From Escherichia coli (GTDB lineage Bacteria > Pseudomonadota > Gammaproteobacteria > Enterobacterales > Enterobacteriaceae), in NCBI RefSeq assembly GCF_003790525.1, contig NZ_CP033635.1: 64,000 nt of DNA; one strand, given 5' to 3'. Within the stretch, counting starts at the first letter, position 1. Every line of letters starts with the position of its first letter. Both the position numbers and the translations under genes were made by a program. The notes under the pieces are model-generated. The model saw only the letters and a program-made list of their open reading frames with translations. It was not told the origin of the DNA and ran no database searches. Of this stretch, positions 36,200 through 47,418 are shown piece after piece.

Positions 36200-39100
36200 T
36201 TACTGCGCCTGCACGCGCAACTCTGCTGCGCTACGACTACGGTGACCCAGCAGTGCTTTTACATCACTGGACTTCGGTTTAACCAGCGCGAATTTCGTGG
36301 CGAAGGTTGACCAGTTCGCCAGAATCTCTTCACCGCGCTGGGAACCGGTATGCTGCACATGCTCGGTGATAAGACCACGCAGATGCTCTTCATGGATCGC
36401 CAAATCGTCAACGCTTAAGACCTCGACCAGTTCCGGGTTAACGCGTTTGCGGAAATCGCCGCTTTCATCGAGAACGTAAGCGAAGCCACCGGTCATGCCC
36501 GCGCCGAAGTTAACGCCGGTTTTACCCAGAATACAGACAATACCGCCCGTCATATATTCACAGCCGTTGTCGCCAATGCCTTCTACCACGGTGATAGCAC
36601 CGGAGTTACGTACGCCGAAACGTTCACCCGCGCGGCCTGCGGCATACAGACGACCTCCGGTCGCGCCATACAGGCAGGTGTTGCCGATAATGCTTGCTTC
36701 ATGGCTGCGGAAGGCTGAGCCAACCGGAGGACGAATGGCAATTAAGCCGCCCGCCATGCCTTTACCGACATAGTCGTTAGCATCGCCGGTCAGATACAGT
36801 TCCACGCCGCCCGCGTTCCACACACCGAAGCTCTGGCCTGCGGTGCCGTTGAAGTATGCTTTGATCGGATCGGCAGCCAGCCCCTGATCGCCGTGCGTCT
36901 GGGCGATATAGCCTGAAAGCGACGCGCCGACAGAACGATCGGTGTTGCGGATATCGAACCAGAAGGTTTTGCTCTGGCGTTCATCGACAAACGGTTTTGC
37001 CTGTTGCAGCAACTGCGCGTTCAGTAGGCCGTTATCAAACGGCGGGTTGTTTTCGGTGCAGTAGAGTGCCTTACCTGCATTTGGCTCGGCAGTTTCCAGC
37101 AGCTTCGACAGCGCCAGTTTCTGCTGTTTGGCGGTGAAACCGTCCAGCTCTTTCAGCAGGTCGGTGCGACCAATCAGATCCACCAGACGCGTTACCCCCA
37201 GCTGTGCCATCAGCTCGCGGGTTTCACGGGCGATAAACTCAAAGTAATTAGTCACTTTGAACGGCAGGCCGTGATAGTGATTCTTACGCAGTTTGTCATC
37301 CTGAGTTGCTACACCCGTGGCGCAGTTGTTCAGGTGGCAAATTCGCAGATATTTACAGCCAAGCGCTACCATCGGGCCAGTGCCGAAGCCGAAGCTTTCT
37401 GCGCCGAGAATCGCCGCTTTGATGATATCAACGCCGGTTTTCAGGCCGCCATCAACCTGCAAACGGATCTTGTGACGCAAGCCGTTGGCAACCAGCGCCT
37501 GTTGGGTTTCAACAAGCCCCAGCTCCCACGGACAGCCTGCGTATTTCACCGATGAAAGCGGACTTGCGCCGGTGCCGCCGTCATAGCCTGCGATGGTGAT
37601 TAAATCGGCATAAGCTTTTGCCACGCCAGTCGCGATGGTGCCTACGCCCGGTTCGGAAACCAGCTTCACGGAGATCATCGCTTTTGGATTGACCTGCTTG
37701 AGGTCGAAAATCAGCTGCGCTAAATCCTCAATAGAGTAGATATCGTGGTGCGGCGGCGGGGAGATCAGCGTCACGCCCGGCACCGAATAGCGCAGTTTGG
37801 CAATGTAAGGAGTGACTTTATCACCCGGTAACTGACCACCTTCACCCGGCTTCGCGCCCTGGGCGACTTTTATCTGAATGACGTCGGCATTGACCAGGTA
37901 CGCCGGAGTAACGCCGAAGCGACCGGACGCCACCTGCTTGATGCGCGACACTTTGTTAGTGCCATAGCGCGCCGGGTCTTCACCGCCTTCGCCGGAGTTT
38001 GAGTTACCGCCGATGCTGTTCATCGCTTCCGCCAGCGCCTCGTGGGCTTCCGGGCTTAACGCGCCGATAGACATCGCGGCGGTATCGAAGCGTTTAAACA
38101 GTTCGCTTGCCGGTTCAACATCGGCAATGTTGACTGCGTTTTCACCCGGCGTAATTGCCAGCAGATCGCGCAGCGTGGTTGCCGGACGCTCATTAACCAG
38201 CTTCGCGTATTCCTGATAGTCGCTATACTCGCCGCTCTGTACCGCCTGTTGCAGCGTGCGCACCACGTCCGGGTTGTAGGCGTGGTATTCGCCGCCGTGC
38301 ACGTATTTCAGCAGGCCGCCCTGGCTGATGGGCTTACGCGCCAGCCAGGCACGTTTCGACAGATTCAGCAGATCCTGCTGGAAGTCTTCAAAGCTAGCCC
38401 CCCCAATGCGGCTAACCGCCCCCTGGAAGCACAGGCCCACGACATCATCGTGCAGACCGACCGCTTCAAACAGTTTCGAGCAGCGGTAAGAGGCGATGGT
38501 GGAGATGCCCATTTTGGACATGATTTTGTACAAGCCTTTGTTGATGCCGTTACGATAGTTGAGCATCACGGTACGATAATCTTTGGCAATCGCGTGGGTG
38601 TCTACCAGACGGCCCAGCGTTTCATAGGCAAGGTACGGATAAATAGCCGTCGCGCCGAAACCCAGCAACACGGCGAAGTGGTGCGGATCACGGGCGCTGG
38701 CGGTTTCGACGATGATGTTGGCATCGCAACGCAGGCTTTGATCGACCAGACGGGTCTGGATCGCGCCAACCGCCATCGGAGCCGGAACCGGCAGGCGATC
38801 TTTAGCGATATTCCGGTCGGAGAGCACCAGCAGTACGGTGCCGCTACGTACCATTTTTTCGGCTTTGTCGCACAGTTCTTTCACCGTCGCTTCGAGCGTG
38901 GTTTTAGTGACGTCAAAGGTGATATCCAGCGTATCTGCGCGGTAGTGATCCTCTTTCATCGTCGTGAGCTGTTTGAAATCGGAATAGAGCAGAATCGGCG
39001 ATTTAAAGCTTAAACGGTGCGCCTGGCCTTCTGCTTCGCAGAAGACGTTCATTTCGCGGCCAATGCTGGTGGCGAGCGACATAACATGCGCTTCACGCAG

Positions 39101-40753
39101 CGGGTCGATTGGCGGGTTAGTCACCTGGGCAAATTGCTGGCGGAAGTAGTCGTAAATAATGCGCGGCTGACTGGAGAGCACGGCGAATGGGGTGTCGTCG
39201 CCCATCGAACCGACCGCTTCCTGACCGTTTTCACCCAGTACGCGGATCACCGAATCCAGCTCTTCCGCGCTGTAGTTAAATTGTTTCTGGTAGCTGGCAA
39301 GCGTGTCGTCGTCCAGTTCGCGGCTACCCACTTCTTCATCGGGCAGATCTTCAAACGGTACCAGACGGCGGACGTTTTTCTCCATCCACTCTTTATAAGG
39401 GTGGCGGCTTTTCAGATCGTCATCGGTTTCTGCCGAGTGCAGAATACGCCCACTGCGGGTGTCGATCACCATCAGTTCGCCTGGCCCCACGCGGCCTTTT
39501 TCGACCACTTCGTCAGGCTGATAATCCCAGATACCGACTTCAGAGGCGCAGGTAATGAGCTTATCTTTGGTGATGACATAGCGTGCCGGACGCAGACCGT
39601 TACGGTCGAGGTTACAGGCGGCAAAACGACCGTCAGACATCACGATGCCTGCCGGGCCATCCCACGGCTCCATATGCATGGAGTTAAAGTCAAAGAAGGC
39701 ACGCAGTTCCGGGTCCATATCCGGGTTGTTCTGCCAGGCGGGTGGCACTAACAGACGCATGGCGCGGATGATATCCATCCCGCCTGCCAGCAGCAGTTCC
39801 AGCATGTTATCCATGGAACTGGAGTCAGAGCCGGTTTCGTTGACGAACGGCGCGGCGTCGTGCAGGTCAGGGATCAGCGGCGTCTGGAATTTATAGGTAC
39901 GCGCACGCGCCCATTGGCGGTTACCAGTGATGGTGTTGATTTCACCGTTATGCGCGAGGTAGCGGAACGGCTGTGCCAGCGGCCAGCGCGGTACGGTGTT
40001 AGTGGAAAAGCGCTGGTGGAACAGGCAAATGGCCGATTCCAGACGCAGGTCCGCAAGATCCAGATAAAAGCGCGGCAGATCCGCCGGCATACACAGACCT
40101 TTATAGATGTTCACCAGATTCGACAGGCTACAGACGTAGAAGTCTTTGTCGGCTTCGAGACGCTTTTCAATGCGGCGGCGGGCGATAAACAGACGGCGCT
40201 CCATATCGCGTGGACGCCAGCCTGCCGGGGCGTTCACAAAAATTTGCTCAATGCGTGGCAGAGAGGAGAGGGCGATTTCACCCAGCACGCCTTCGTTAGT
40301 GGGGACATCACGCCAGCCCACAATCGACAATGTTTCGCGTTGCAGCTCTTCTTCAACGATGCGGCGTGCGGCAGCGGCGAGTTCAGGATCTTTATTCAGG
40401 AAGAGCATCCCGACAGCGTAGTTTTTTGCTAAACGCCAGCCGCGCTCCTGCGCAACGATGCGAAAAAAGCGATCCGGTTTTTGTAACAGCAAGCCGCAAC
40501 CGTCACCGGTTTTACCATCGGCGAGAATCGCGCCACGGTGCTGCATGCGGGCCAGTGCGTGTATTGCAGTACGCACTACCTTGTGGCTAGGTTCGCCTTC
40601 TATGTGGGCGATCAGGCCGAAACCACAGTTATCCCTCTCAAGGGATTTATCGTACAACATATCGTGAACCTCCCCCAGGCTCTGCGGGAACCCCACTTCC
40701 GAACCGCTGCGCACGGGCACAGAAAGAGCGTGGCGACGGGGTTTGCGTGTCAT
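36200..40753 (-). CDS. gltB: Glutamate synthase large subunit GltB (1517 aa including propeptide; mature N-terminal Cys after ...LERDN)
   Basis: 4.5-kb ORF; MTRKPRRHALSVPV... then CGFGLIAHIEG amidotransferase N-terminus; the track ORF starts 5 codons upstream; an alternative start at MLYDK (40660) is possible. Confidence 0.95.
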   Translation of the reverse strand: MTRKPRRHALSVPVRSGSEVGFPQSLGEVHDMLYDKSLERDNCGFGLIAHIEGEPSHKVVRTAIHALARMQHRGAILADGKTGDGCGLLLQKPDRFFRIVAQERGWRLAKNYAVGMLFLNKDPELAAAARRIVEEELQRETLSIVGWRDVPTNEGVLGEIALSSLPRIEQIFVNAPAGWRPRDMERRLFIARRRIEKRLEADKDFYVCSLSNLVNIYKGLCMPADLPRFYLDLADLRLESAICLFHQRFSTNTVPRWPLAQPFRYLAHNGEINTITGNRQWARARTYKFQTPLIPDLHDAAPFVNETGSDSSSMDNMLELLLAGGMDIIRAMRLLVPPAWQNNPDMDPELRAFFDFNSMHMEPWDGPAGIVMSDGRFAACNLDRNGLRPARYVITKDKLITCASEVGIWDYQPDEVVEKGRVGPGELMVIDTRSGRILHSAETDDDLKSRHPYKEWMEKNVRRLVPFEDLPDEEVGSRELDDDTLASYQKQFNYSAEELDSVIRVLGENGQEAVGSMGDDTPFAVLSSQPRIIYDYFRQQFAQVTNPPIDPLREAHVMSLATSIGREMNVFCEAEGQAHRLSFKSPILLYSDFKQLTTMKEDHYRADTLDITFDVTKTTLEATVKELCDKAEKMVRSGTVLLVLSDRNIAKDRLPVPAPMAVGAIQTRLVDQSLRCDANIIVETASARDPHHFAVLLGFGATAIYPYLAYETLGRLVDTHAIAKDYRTVMLNYRNGINKGLYKIMSKMGISTIASYRCSKLFEAVGLHDDVVGLCFQGAVSRIGGASFEDFQQDLLNLSKRAWLARKPISQGGLLKYVHGGEYHAYNPDVVRTLQQAVQSGEYSDYQEYAKLVNERPATTLRDLLAITPGENAVNIADVEPASELFKRFDTAAMSIGALSPEAHEALAEAMNSIGGNSNSGEGGEDPARYGTNKVSRIKQVASGRFGVTPAYLVNADVIQIKVAQGAKPGEGGQLPGDKVTPYIAKLRYSVPGVTLISPPPHHDIYSIEDLAQLIFDLKQVNPKAMISVKLVSEPGVGTIATGVAKAYADLITIAGYDGGTGASPLSSVKYAGCPWELGLVETQQALVANGLRHKIRLQVDGGLKTGVDIIKAAILGAESFGFGTGPMVALGCKYLRICHLNNCATGVATQDDKLRKNHYHGLPFKVTNYFEFIARETRELMAQLGVTRLVDLIGRTDLLKELDGFTAKQQKLALSKLLETAEPNAGKALYCTENNPPFDNGLLNAQLLQQAKPFVDERQSKTFWFDIRNTDRSVGASLSGYIAQTHGDQGLAADPIKAYFNGTAGQSFGVWNAGGVELYLTGDANDYVGKGMAGGLIAIRPPVGSAFRSHEASIIGNTCLYGATGGRLYAAGRAGERFGVRNSGAITVVEGIGDNGCEYMTGGIVCILGKTGVNFGAGMTGGFAYVLDESGDFRKRVNPELVEVLSVDDLAIHEEHLRGLITEHVQHTGSQRGEEILANWSTFATKFALVKPKSSDVKALLGHRSRSAAELRVQAQ

Positions 40754-41333
40754 ACGCGCACCTCGCATTCGCCCCCTTGTTGTCCTTTTCGCATCGGTTA
40801 ATACGGTGAAGAGGGGATCTCAATTACTGCATAAATATGATGAGCAGGCTGCTCATCCAGAAAGCTTCCAGCGGATTTCCAACTTATCGGGAAAGCTGAT
40901 ACAGGTCAAATGGCAAGCTTATTGGTACAGAAATGTGCTTTAGCGCAAAATTCTTTATTAATTGTCTGAAATTAAAGTGGATTTTCTATTTAAGGCTAAA
41001 AGGGCGTCGTTAGAGAAACAGTCAATTCCTGACTGTCATAAAGGCGTGTTAACCCTTATCCTGCCTTGAACTGACGAGAAAACCAGCATTTTATACTGCC
41101 TTAATTGGTAATAACGTTTCATGCTACTGTTTTTGCCTAAAATCCATAAGGAGATAAAAAAATCTGACACAAGATAAGCAAAAGTGATTTATGTGATTGT
41201 GCATGAAATTTCGGTAATTTTGATTGATTATGCAGTTGATAAAAGCAGGCCGGGACGATTGATCCAGGTCATCGCCGAATTGAGCTAAAAATGGCAGGCT
41301 TTGGCCTCTTTTCAAGGCGCGGTCTATCAGATT
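40754..41333. promoter_or_regulatory. AT-rich divergent control region between gltB and yhcC (gltBD promoter region)
   Basis: ~580-bp AT-rich intergenic region upstream of gltB; individual binding sites not resolved. Confidence 0.4.
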
Positions 41334-42263
41334 ATGCAGTTACAGAAATTAGTCAATATGTTTGGTGGTGATCTCACCCGTCGTTATGGGCAAAAGGTGC
41401 ATAAGCTGACGCTGCACGGCGGTTTTAGCTGCCCTAACCGTGACGGTACCATCGGGCGTGGTGGCTGCACATTCTGTAATGTGGCCTCGTTTGCCGATGA
41501 AGCGCAGCAGCATCGTTCCATTGCCGAGCAACTGGCGCACCAGGCGAATTTAGTTAACCGCGCTAAACGCTATCTGGCCTACTTTCAGGCGTATACCAGC
41601 ACCTTTGCGGAAGTTCAGGTGCTGCGTTCTATGTATCAGCAGGCGGTGAGCCAGGCCAATATTGTCGGTTTGTGTGTTGGTACCCGCCCGGACTGCGTGC
41701 CGGATGCGGTGCTGGATCTGCTTTGCGAATATAAGGACCAGGGTTACGAAGTGTGGCTGGAGCTGGGGCTACAAACCGCCCACGACAAAACGCTGCATCG
41801 CATCAATCGCGGTCATGATTTTGCCTGTTATCAGCGCACGACGCAGCTGGCGCGTGAGCGTGGGCTGAAGGTGTGTTCTCACTTAATTGTCGGCCTGCCT
41901 GGCGAAGGGCAGGCTGAATGTTTGCAAACGCTGGAGCGAGTCGTTGAAACTGGCGTGGACGGCATAAAGCTGCATCCGCTGCATATTGTGAAAGGCAGCA
42001 TTATGGCGAAAGCCTGGGAAGCGGGGCGTTTGAACGGTATTGAACTGGAAGATTACACGCTCACTGCCGGAGAAATGATTCGCCATACGCCACCGGAAGT
42101 GATCTACCACCGCATTTCCGCCAGCGCCCGTCGCCCGACGCTGCTTGCTCCTCTGTGGTGCGAAAATCGCTGGACGGGAATGGTCGAGCTGGATCGTTAT
42201 CTGAATGAACATGGCGTACAGGGATCGGCGCTGGGACGTCCGTGGCTACCTCCAACGGCGTAG
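41334..42263 (+). CDS. yhcC: Radical SAM family protein YhcC (309 aa)
   Basis: MQLQKLVNMFGGDL...; cysteine cluster CPNRDGTIGRGGCTFC; recognised as YhcC. Confidence 0.9.
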   Translation: MQLQKLVNMFGGDLTRRYGQKVHKLTLHGGFSCPNRDGTIGRGGCTFCNVASFADEAQQHRSIAEQLAHQANLVNRAKRYLAYFQAYTSTFAEVQVLRSMYQQAVSQANIVGLCVGTRPDCVPDAVLDLLCEYKDQGYEVWLELGLQTAHDKTLHRINRGHDFACYQRTTQLARERGLKVCSHLIVGLPGEGQAECLQTLERVVETGVDGIKLHPLHIVKGSIMAKAWEAGRLNGIELEDYTLTAGEMIRHTPPEVIYHRISASARRPTLLAPLWCENRWTGMVELDRYLNEHGVQGSALGRPWLPPTA

Positions 42264-42358
42264 GCCATTGAGGGGAATTCCGCATTTCTCACACAATTTA
42301 TAACGTAACTGTCAGAATTGGGTATTATTGGGGCAGGTTGTCGTGAAGGAATTCCCTA

Positions 42359-44695
42359 ATGAAGCAAATTCGTCTGCTGGCGCAGTATTATGTTGACCTG
42401 ATGATGAAGTTAGGTCTGGTGCGCTTCTCAATGTTGCTGGCGCTGGCCCTCGTCGTTCTTGCCATTGTGGTACAAATGGCGGTAACCATGGTGCTGCATG
42501 GTCAGGTCGAAAGCATTGATGTTATTCGTTCTATCTTCTTTGGTTTGCTGATTACGCCGTGGGCGGTCTACTTTCTATCGGTGGTCGTCGAGCAACTGGA
42601 GGAGTCACGGCAACGTCTGTCACGACTGGTGCAAAAACTGGAGGAGATGCGCGAGCGCGATTTGAGCCTCAACGTTCAGTTAAAAGATAATATTGCCCAG
42701 CTAAATCAGGAAATCGCCGTTCGTGAAAAAGCGGAAGCAGAACTGCAGGAAACCTTCGGCCAACTGAAAATTGAAATCAAAGAGCGCGAAGAGACACAAA
42801 TTCAGCTCGAGCAGCAATCCTCATTCTTACGTTCCTTCCTTGATGCTTCACCCGACCTGGTTTTTTATCGTAACGAAGATAAAGAGTTTTCCGGCTGTAA
42901 CCGCGCGATGGAGCTGCTGACCGGAAAAAGCGAAAAACAACTGGTTCACCTGAAACCTGCTGATGTTTACTCACCGGAAGCCGCCGCAAAAGTCATTGAA
43001 ACCGATGAAAAAGTGTTCCGTCATAATGTGTCACTGACCTATGAACAGTGGCTGGATTACCCGGACGGGCGCAAAGCCTGCTTTGAAATCCGTAAAGTGC
43101 CGTACTACGACCGCGTGGGTAAACGTCACGGTTTGATGGGCTTTGGTCGCGACATTACCGAGCGTAAGCGGTATCAGGATGCGCTTGAACGGGCCAGCCG
43201 CGACAAAACGACGTTTATCTCCACCATCAGTCACGAATTGCGTACGCCGCTGAATGGTATCGTCGGCCTGAGCCGCATTCTGCTGGATACCGAACTCACC
43301 GCCGAGCAGGAAAAATATCTCAAAACCATCCATGTTTCGGCCGTCACGCTGGGGAATATCTTCAACGATATTATCGACATGGATAAGATGGAACGGCGCA
43401 AGGTCCAGCTTGATAATCAGCCGGTTGATTTCACCAGCTTCCTTGCCGATCTGGAAAATCTCTCCGCCTTGCAGGCGCAACAAAAAGGATTGCGCTTTAA
43501 CCTGGAGCCTACGCTGCCATTACCGCATCAGGTCATTACCGACGGGACGCGTTTACGGCAGATCCTGTGGAACCTCATCAGTAACGCCGTCAAATTCACC
43601 CAGCAAGGCCAGGTTACCGTGCGCGTGCGCTACGATGAAGGCGATATGCTGCATTTTGAAGTGGAAGATTCCGGCATTGGCATTCCGCAGGATGAGCTGG
43701 ATAAAATTTTCGCCATGTATTACCAGGTGAAAGACAGTCATGGCGGTAAACCTGCCACCGGCACCGGTATTGGTCTGGCCGTTTCTCGTCGTCTGGCGAA
43801 AAATATGGGCGGCGATATTACGGTTACCAGCGAACAGGGCAAAGGTTCAACCTTTACGTTGACGATCCACGCACCGTCGGTGGCAGAAGAGGTCGATGAT
43901 GCGTTTGATGAAGACGATATGCCTTTACCGGCGCTGAATGTACTGCTGGTGGAAGACATTGAACTGAACGTGATTGTCGCGCGTTCTGTGCTGGAAAAAT
44001 TAGGTAACAGCGTTGATGTCGCCATGACCGGCAAGGCGGCGCTGGAGATGTTTAAACCGGGCGAATACGACCTGGTATTGCTGGATATTCAGTTGCCAGA
44101 TATGACCGGGCTGGATATCTCTCGTGAACTGACGAAGCGTTATCCGCGCGAGGATTTACCACCGCTGGTGGCCTTAACCGCTAACGTGCTGAAAGACAAA
44201 CAAGAGTACCTCAATGCTGGAATGGATGATGTGCTGAGTAAGCCGCTTTCTGTTCCGGCGCTAACCGCGATGATCAAGAAATTCTGGGATACCCAGGATG
44301 ATGAGGAGAGTACGGTGACGACAGAAGAGAACAGTAAATCAGAAGCATTGCTCGATATTCCCATGCTGGAACAGTATCTCGAACTTGTAGGACCGAAGCT
44401 GATCACCGACGGGTTAGCGGTATTTGAGAAGATGATGCCGGGATATGTTAGCGTGCTGGAGTCGAATCTGACGGCGCAGGATAAAAAAGGCATTGTTGAG
44501 GAAGGACATAAAATTAAAGGTGCGGCGGGGTCAGTGGGGTTACGCCATCTGCAACAGTTGGGTCAGCAAATTCAGTCTCCTGACCTTCCCGCCTGGGAAG
44601 ATAACGTCGGTGAATGGATTGAAGAGATGAAAGAAGAGTGGCGTCACGACGTAGAAGTACTGAAAGCGTGGGTGGCAAAAGCTACTAAAAAATGA
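42359..44695 (+). CDS. arcB: Aerobic respiration control sensor kinase ArcB (778 aa)
   Basis: Full ORF; H-box SHELRTPLN, receiver and HPt domains; recognised as ArcB. Confidence 0.97.
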   Translation: MKQIRLLAQYYVDLMMKLGLVRFSMLLALALVVLAIVVQMAVTMVLHGQVESIDVIRSIFFGLLITPWAVYFLSVVVEQLEESRQRLSRLVQKLEEMRERDLSLNVQLKDNIAQLNQEIAVREKAEAELQETFGQLKIEIKEREETQIQLEQQSSFLRSFLDASPDLVFYRNEDKEFSGCNRAMELLTGKSEKQLVHLKPADVYSPEAAAKVIETDEKVFRHNVSLTYEQWLDYPDGRKACFEIRKVPYYDRVGKRHGLMGFGRDITERKRYQDALERASRDKTTFISTISHELRTPLNGIVGLSRILLDTELTAEQEKYLKTIHVSAVTLGNIFNDIIDMDKMERRKVQLDNQPVDFTSFLADLENLSALQAQQKGLRFNLEPTLPLPHQVITDGTRLRQILWNLISNAVKFTQQGQVTVRVRYDEGDMLHFEVEDSGIGIPQDELDKIFAMYYQVKDSHGGKPATGTGIGLAVSRRLAKNMGGDITVTSEQGKGSTFTLTIHAPSVAEEVDDAFDEDDMPLPALNVLLVEDIELNVIVARSVLEKLGNSVDVAMTGKAALEMFKPGEYDLVLLDIQLPDMTGLDISRELTKRYPREDLPPLVALTANVLKDKQEYLNAGMDDVLSKPLSVPALTAMIKKFWDTQDDEESTVTTEENSKSEALLDIPMLEQYLELVGPKLITDGLAVFEKMMPGYVSVLESNLTAQDKKGIVEEGHKIKGAAGSVGLRHLQQLGQQIQSPDLPAWEDNVGEWIEEMKEEWRHDVEVLKAWVAKATKK

Positions 44696-44805
44696 CCCCG
44701 GCTAGACCGGGGTGCGCGAATACTGCGCCAACACCAGGGAAATCTTGGCTGCGCCGTAAATTATTATGATGAGTTACAAGGGCACAGCACTGTTTTTCAG
44801 GCCGC
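44687..44805 (-). ncRNA. arcZ: Small regulatory RNA ArcZ (SraH/RyhA), convergent with arcB and overlapping its 3' end
   Basis: Reverse complement reads GTGCGGCCTGAAAAACAGTGCTGTGCCC...GGCGCAGTATTCGCGCACCCCGGTCTAGCCGGGGTCATTTTTT, matching the recalled ArcZ sequence and terminator. Confidence 0.8.
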
Positions 44806-44924
44806 ACGCAGTTAAGATAGCAAAACTTAAATGATTTGTTACATGAATCAGTTAAATGTGTGATGCGTAGCATTTTTATTAAAAAAATTAATGTGTTTCA
44901 GTCAATTGCGAAAGGATGATCACA

Positions 44925-45578
44925 ATGAAGAAAATTGGCGTAATTCTGAGCGGATGCGGCGTCTATGACGGTTCTGAAATTCATGAAGCGGTGTTGACGT
45001 TGTTAGCTATTTCACGCAGCGGTGCGCAGGCGGTCTGCTTTGCACCGGATAAGCAGCAGGTTGATGTAATCAATCATTTAACTGGCGAAGCGATGCCGGA
45101 AACGCGCAATGTGCTGATTGAAGCGGCACGAATAACGCGTGGTGAGATCCGCCCTCTGGCCCAGGCCGATGCCGCTGAGCTGGATGCGTTGATTGTGCCG
45201 GGGGGGTTTGGTGCGGCGAAGAATTTAAGCAACTTTGCCCGTCTGGGGAGTGAATGCACCGTTGACCGTGAATTAAAGGCGCTGGCACAAGCGATGCATC
45301 AGGCCGGAAAACCGCTTGGTTTTATGTGTATTGCCCCGGCGATGCTGCCGAAAATTTTCGATTTCCCGCTGCGTTTGACCATCGGTACTGATATTGATAC
45401 CGCAGAAGTGCTGGAAGAGATGGGCGCGGAGCATGTGCCGTGTCCTGTCGATGATATCGTGGTTGATGAAGACAATAAGATTGTCACCACCCCTGCATAT
45501 ATGCTGGCGCAGAACATTGCAGAAGCGGCGAGCGGCATTGATAAGCTGGTTTCCCGCGTGCTGGTCCTGGCGGAATGA
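44925..45578 (+). CDS. elbB: DJ-1/PfpI-family protein ElbB (217 aa)
   Basis: [21 protein letters not shown]...; recognised as ElbB. Confidence 0.92.
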
Positions 45579-46303
45579 GTAAAAGCCGCTTAACGGTGTT
45601 TAGTTTCGTTCGCCGTTTTCTTCTGCGGTTAATGGTTGTCCTCGCCGTTTTCTGGGGCGGGGGCATCGCGTTGTTTAGCGTTGCGCCTGTTCCCTTCTCA
45701 GCGGTAATGGTTGAGCGGCAAGTCAGCGCCTGGCTGCATGGCAATTTTCGTTACGTGGCACATTCTGACTGGGTCAGTATGGATCAAATCTCGCCGTGGA
45801 TGGGACTGGCGGTGATTGCCGCAGAAGATCAGAAATTTCCTGAGCACTGGGGCTTTGATGTCGCTTCCATTGAGCAAGCCCTGGCGCACAACGAACGCAA
45901 TGAAAACCGTATTCGCGGTGCGTCAACGATTTCTCAGCAGACAGCCAAAAATCTCTTTTTATGGGATGGGCGCAGCTGGGTTCGAAAAGGGCTGGAAGCC
46001 GGATTAACGCTGGGGATAGAAACGGTCTGGAGCAAAAAGCGTATCCTGACGGTTTACCTGAATATCGCCGAATTTGGCGACGGTGTGTTTGGCGTCGAAG
46101 CTGCGGCACAACGTTATTTCCACAAACCCGCGAGCAAGCTTACCCGGTCGGAAGCTGCATTACTGGCAGCTGTATTACCTAATCCACTTCGTTTCAAAGT
46201 CTCCGCGCCATCGGGCTACGTGCGTAGCCGTCAGGCGTGGATTTTACGGCAGATGTATCAGTTAGGCGGTGAGCCGTTTATGCAACAACACCAGCTTGAT
46301 TAA
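45575..46303 (+). CDS. mtgA: Monofunctional peptidoglycan glycosyltransferase MtgA (242 aa)
   Basis: Full ORF overlapping the elbB stop; transglycosylase motifs ([13 protein letters not shown]); recognised as MtgA. Confidence 0.95.
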
Positions 46304-46932
46304 GCTTCGCGCGAAGTGAGGGCCAGCGTTTTGCTCTCACGAGGTTGCAGATCTTTCTGCAGGGCAATAGCCAGCGCCGGTTGGGCGATAAATCGTTTCC
46401 ACAACCGCTCTTGCTTACGCAGACAACACCACTTCGACCAGGTCGCCAGTGGAATCAATGTGCTTTCACCAATGTTGTCGCAGACGACGGGGATAACCTC
46501 TGACTCACTGATGCGATGACAAAGGATATTCTGCGGCTTCAGCGACATCGTCACGATACGGTTATCCTGTAAATAACGCTTCAGCTGTTTCAGTAGCTGG
46601 CGCAGTTGTGCAATGTCTTCTTCGTAACGGCATTGTTCAGCAAATTCGGTCAGCGTAATGGAGGGCTTGCCGTCAAAATCTGCAATCACATCGTAGACAT
46701 AACCGGTTCCGCAATCCGTCTCAACGGTACCGTGATAGCGCGGTATTCCACTCCAGTCTTTTAACCGGCGACCAAGATGCGCGTAGTACTTTAACTCACG
46801 GCGGATCTCTTTATCGCCACCATCGCCACGATGGTAGACAATCTTGATACAGCGTTGGGCATCTTCCGGATGCGCATAACATTTCCGATGTCTTCCGGTG
46901 CCCAGGGGACTTTGTTCAGATAAGCGAATCAT
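46300..46932 (-). CDS. yrbL: PhoP-regulated protein YrbL (210 aa)
   Basis: Internal Met [21 protein letters not shown]... of track ORF 46300..46989; recognised as YrbL. Confidence 0.88.
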
Positions 46933-46982
46933 GCCATCTCCTGGAAATATTTTCTGACGATCTCCAGTATGGTCGATTAACT

Positions 46983-46999
46983 TAAACAAAACCTAAACA
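46983..46999 (-). promoter_or_regulatory. PhoP box (direct repeat TGTTTA-N5-TGTTTA) upstream of yrbL
   Basis: Minus strand reads TGTTTAggtttTGTTTA ~50-65 nt upstream of the yrbL start codon. Confidence 0.7.
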
Positions 47000-47145
47000 A
47001 TGCCTCTTAAGGTTTTCTTAAGGTTCTTCTGAAAGTAAAAAGCGCACAAAATGTACAAATGACGTTGATTGAGAACGATTTCAGTACGTGATTTTCTTAT
47101 TGTCGGGGGGAGTTTGAAGGGAGTTGTATGTCAAAGTGATGAAGA

Positions 47146-47418
47146 TTAATCTTCATCAAAACCAGAATTAAAGAGGGCGATAACGGCGGCCAGTGCTTCC
47201 TCTTCCTGTGGACCGGTCGCTTCAACTTCAATCTGCCGTCCTTTGGCAGAATCCAACATCAGCAGCGCAATAACGCTGTTGGCTTCAGCCTCGGTGCCTT
47301 CGTCATTACGTAACAGCACTTCAGCGTCAAAACCTTGCATTAATTCAAACAGCTTCATTGCAGGCCGGGCATGCATGCCCAGCTTGTTTGTGATTTCAAC
47401 AGTTTGCTTGACGGTCAT
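47146..47418 (-). CDS. npr: Nitrogen-PTS phosphocarrier protein NPr (90 aa)
   Basis: Full ORF with HPr-like active-site region; recognised as NPr/PtsO. Confidence 0.95.

Noticed and set aside
38249-39751. Long plus-strand ORFs (254 aa and 244 aa) inside gltB
   Set aside because: Antisense to the clearly recognised glutamate synthase large-subunit gene; typical spurious open frames in GC-rich coding sequence, with no RBS or start context.
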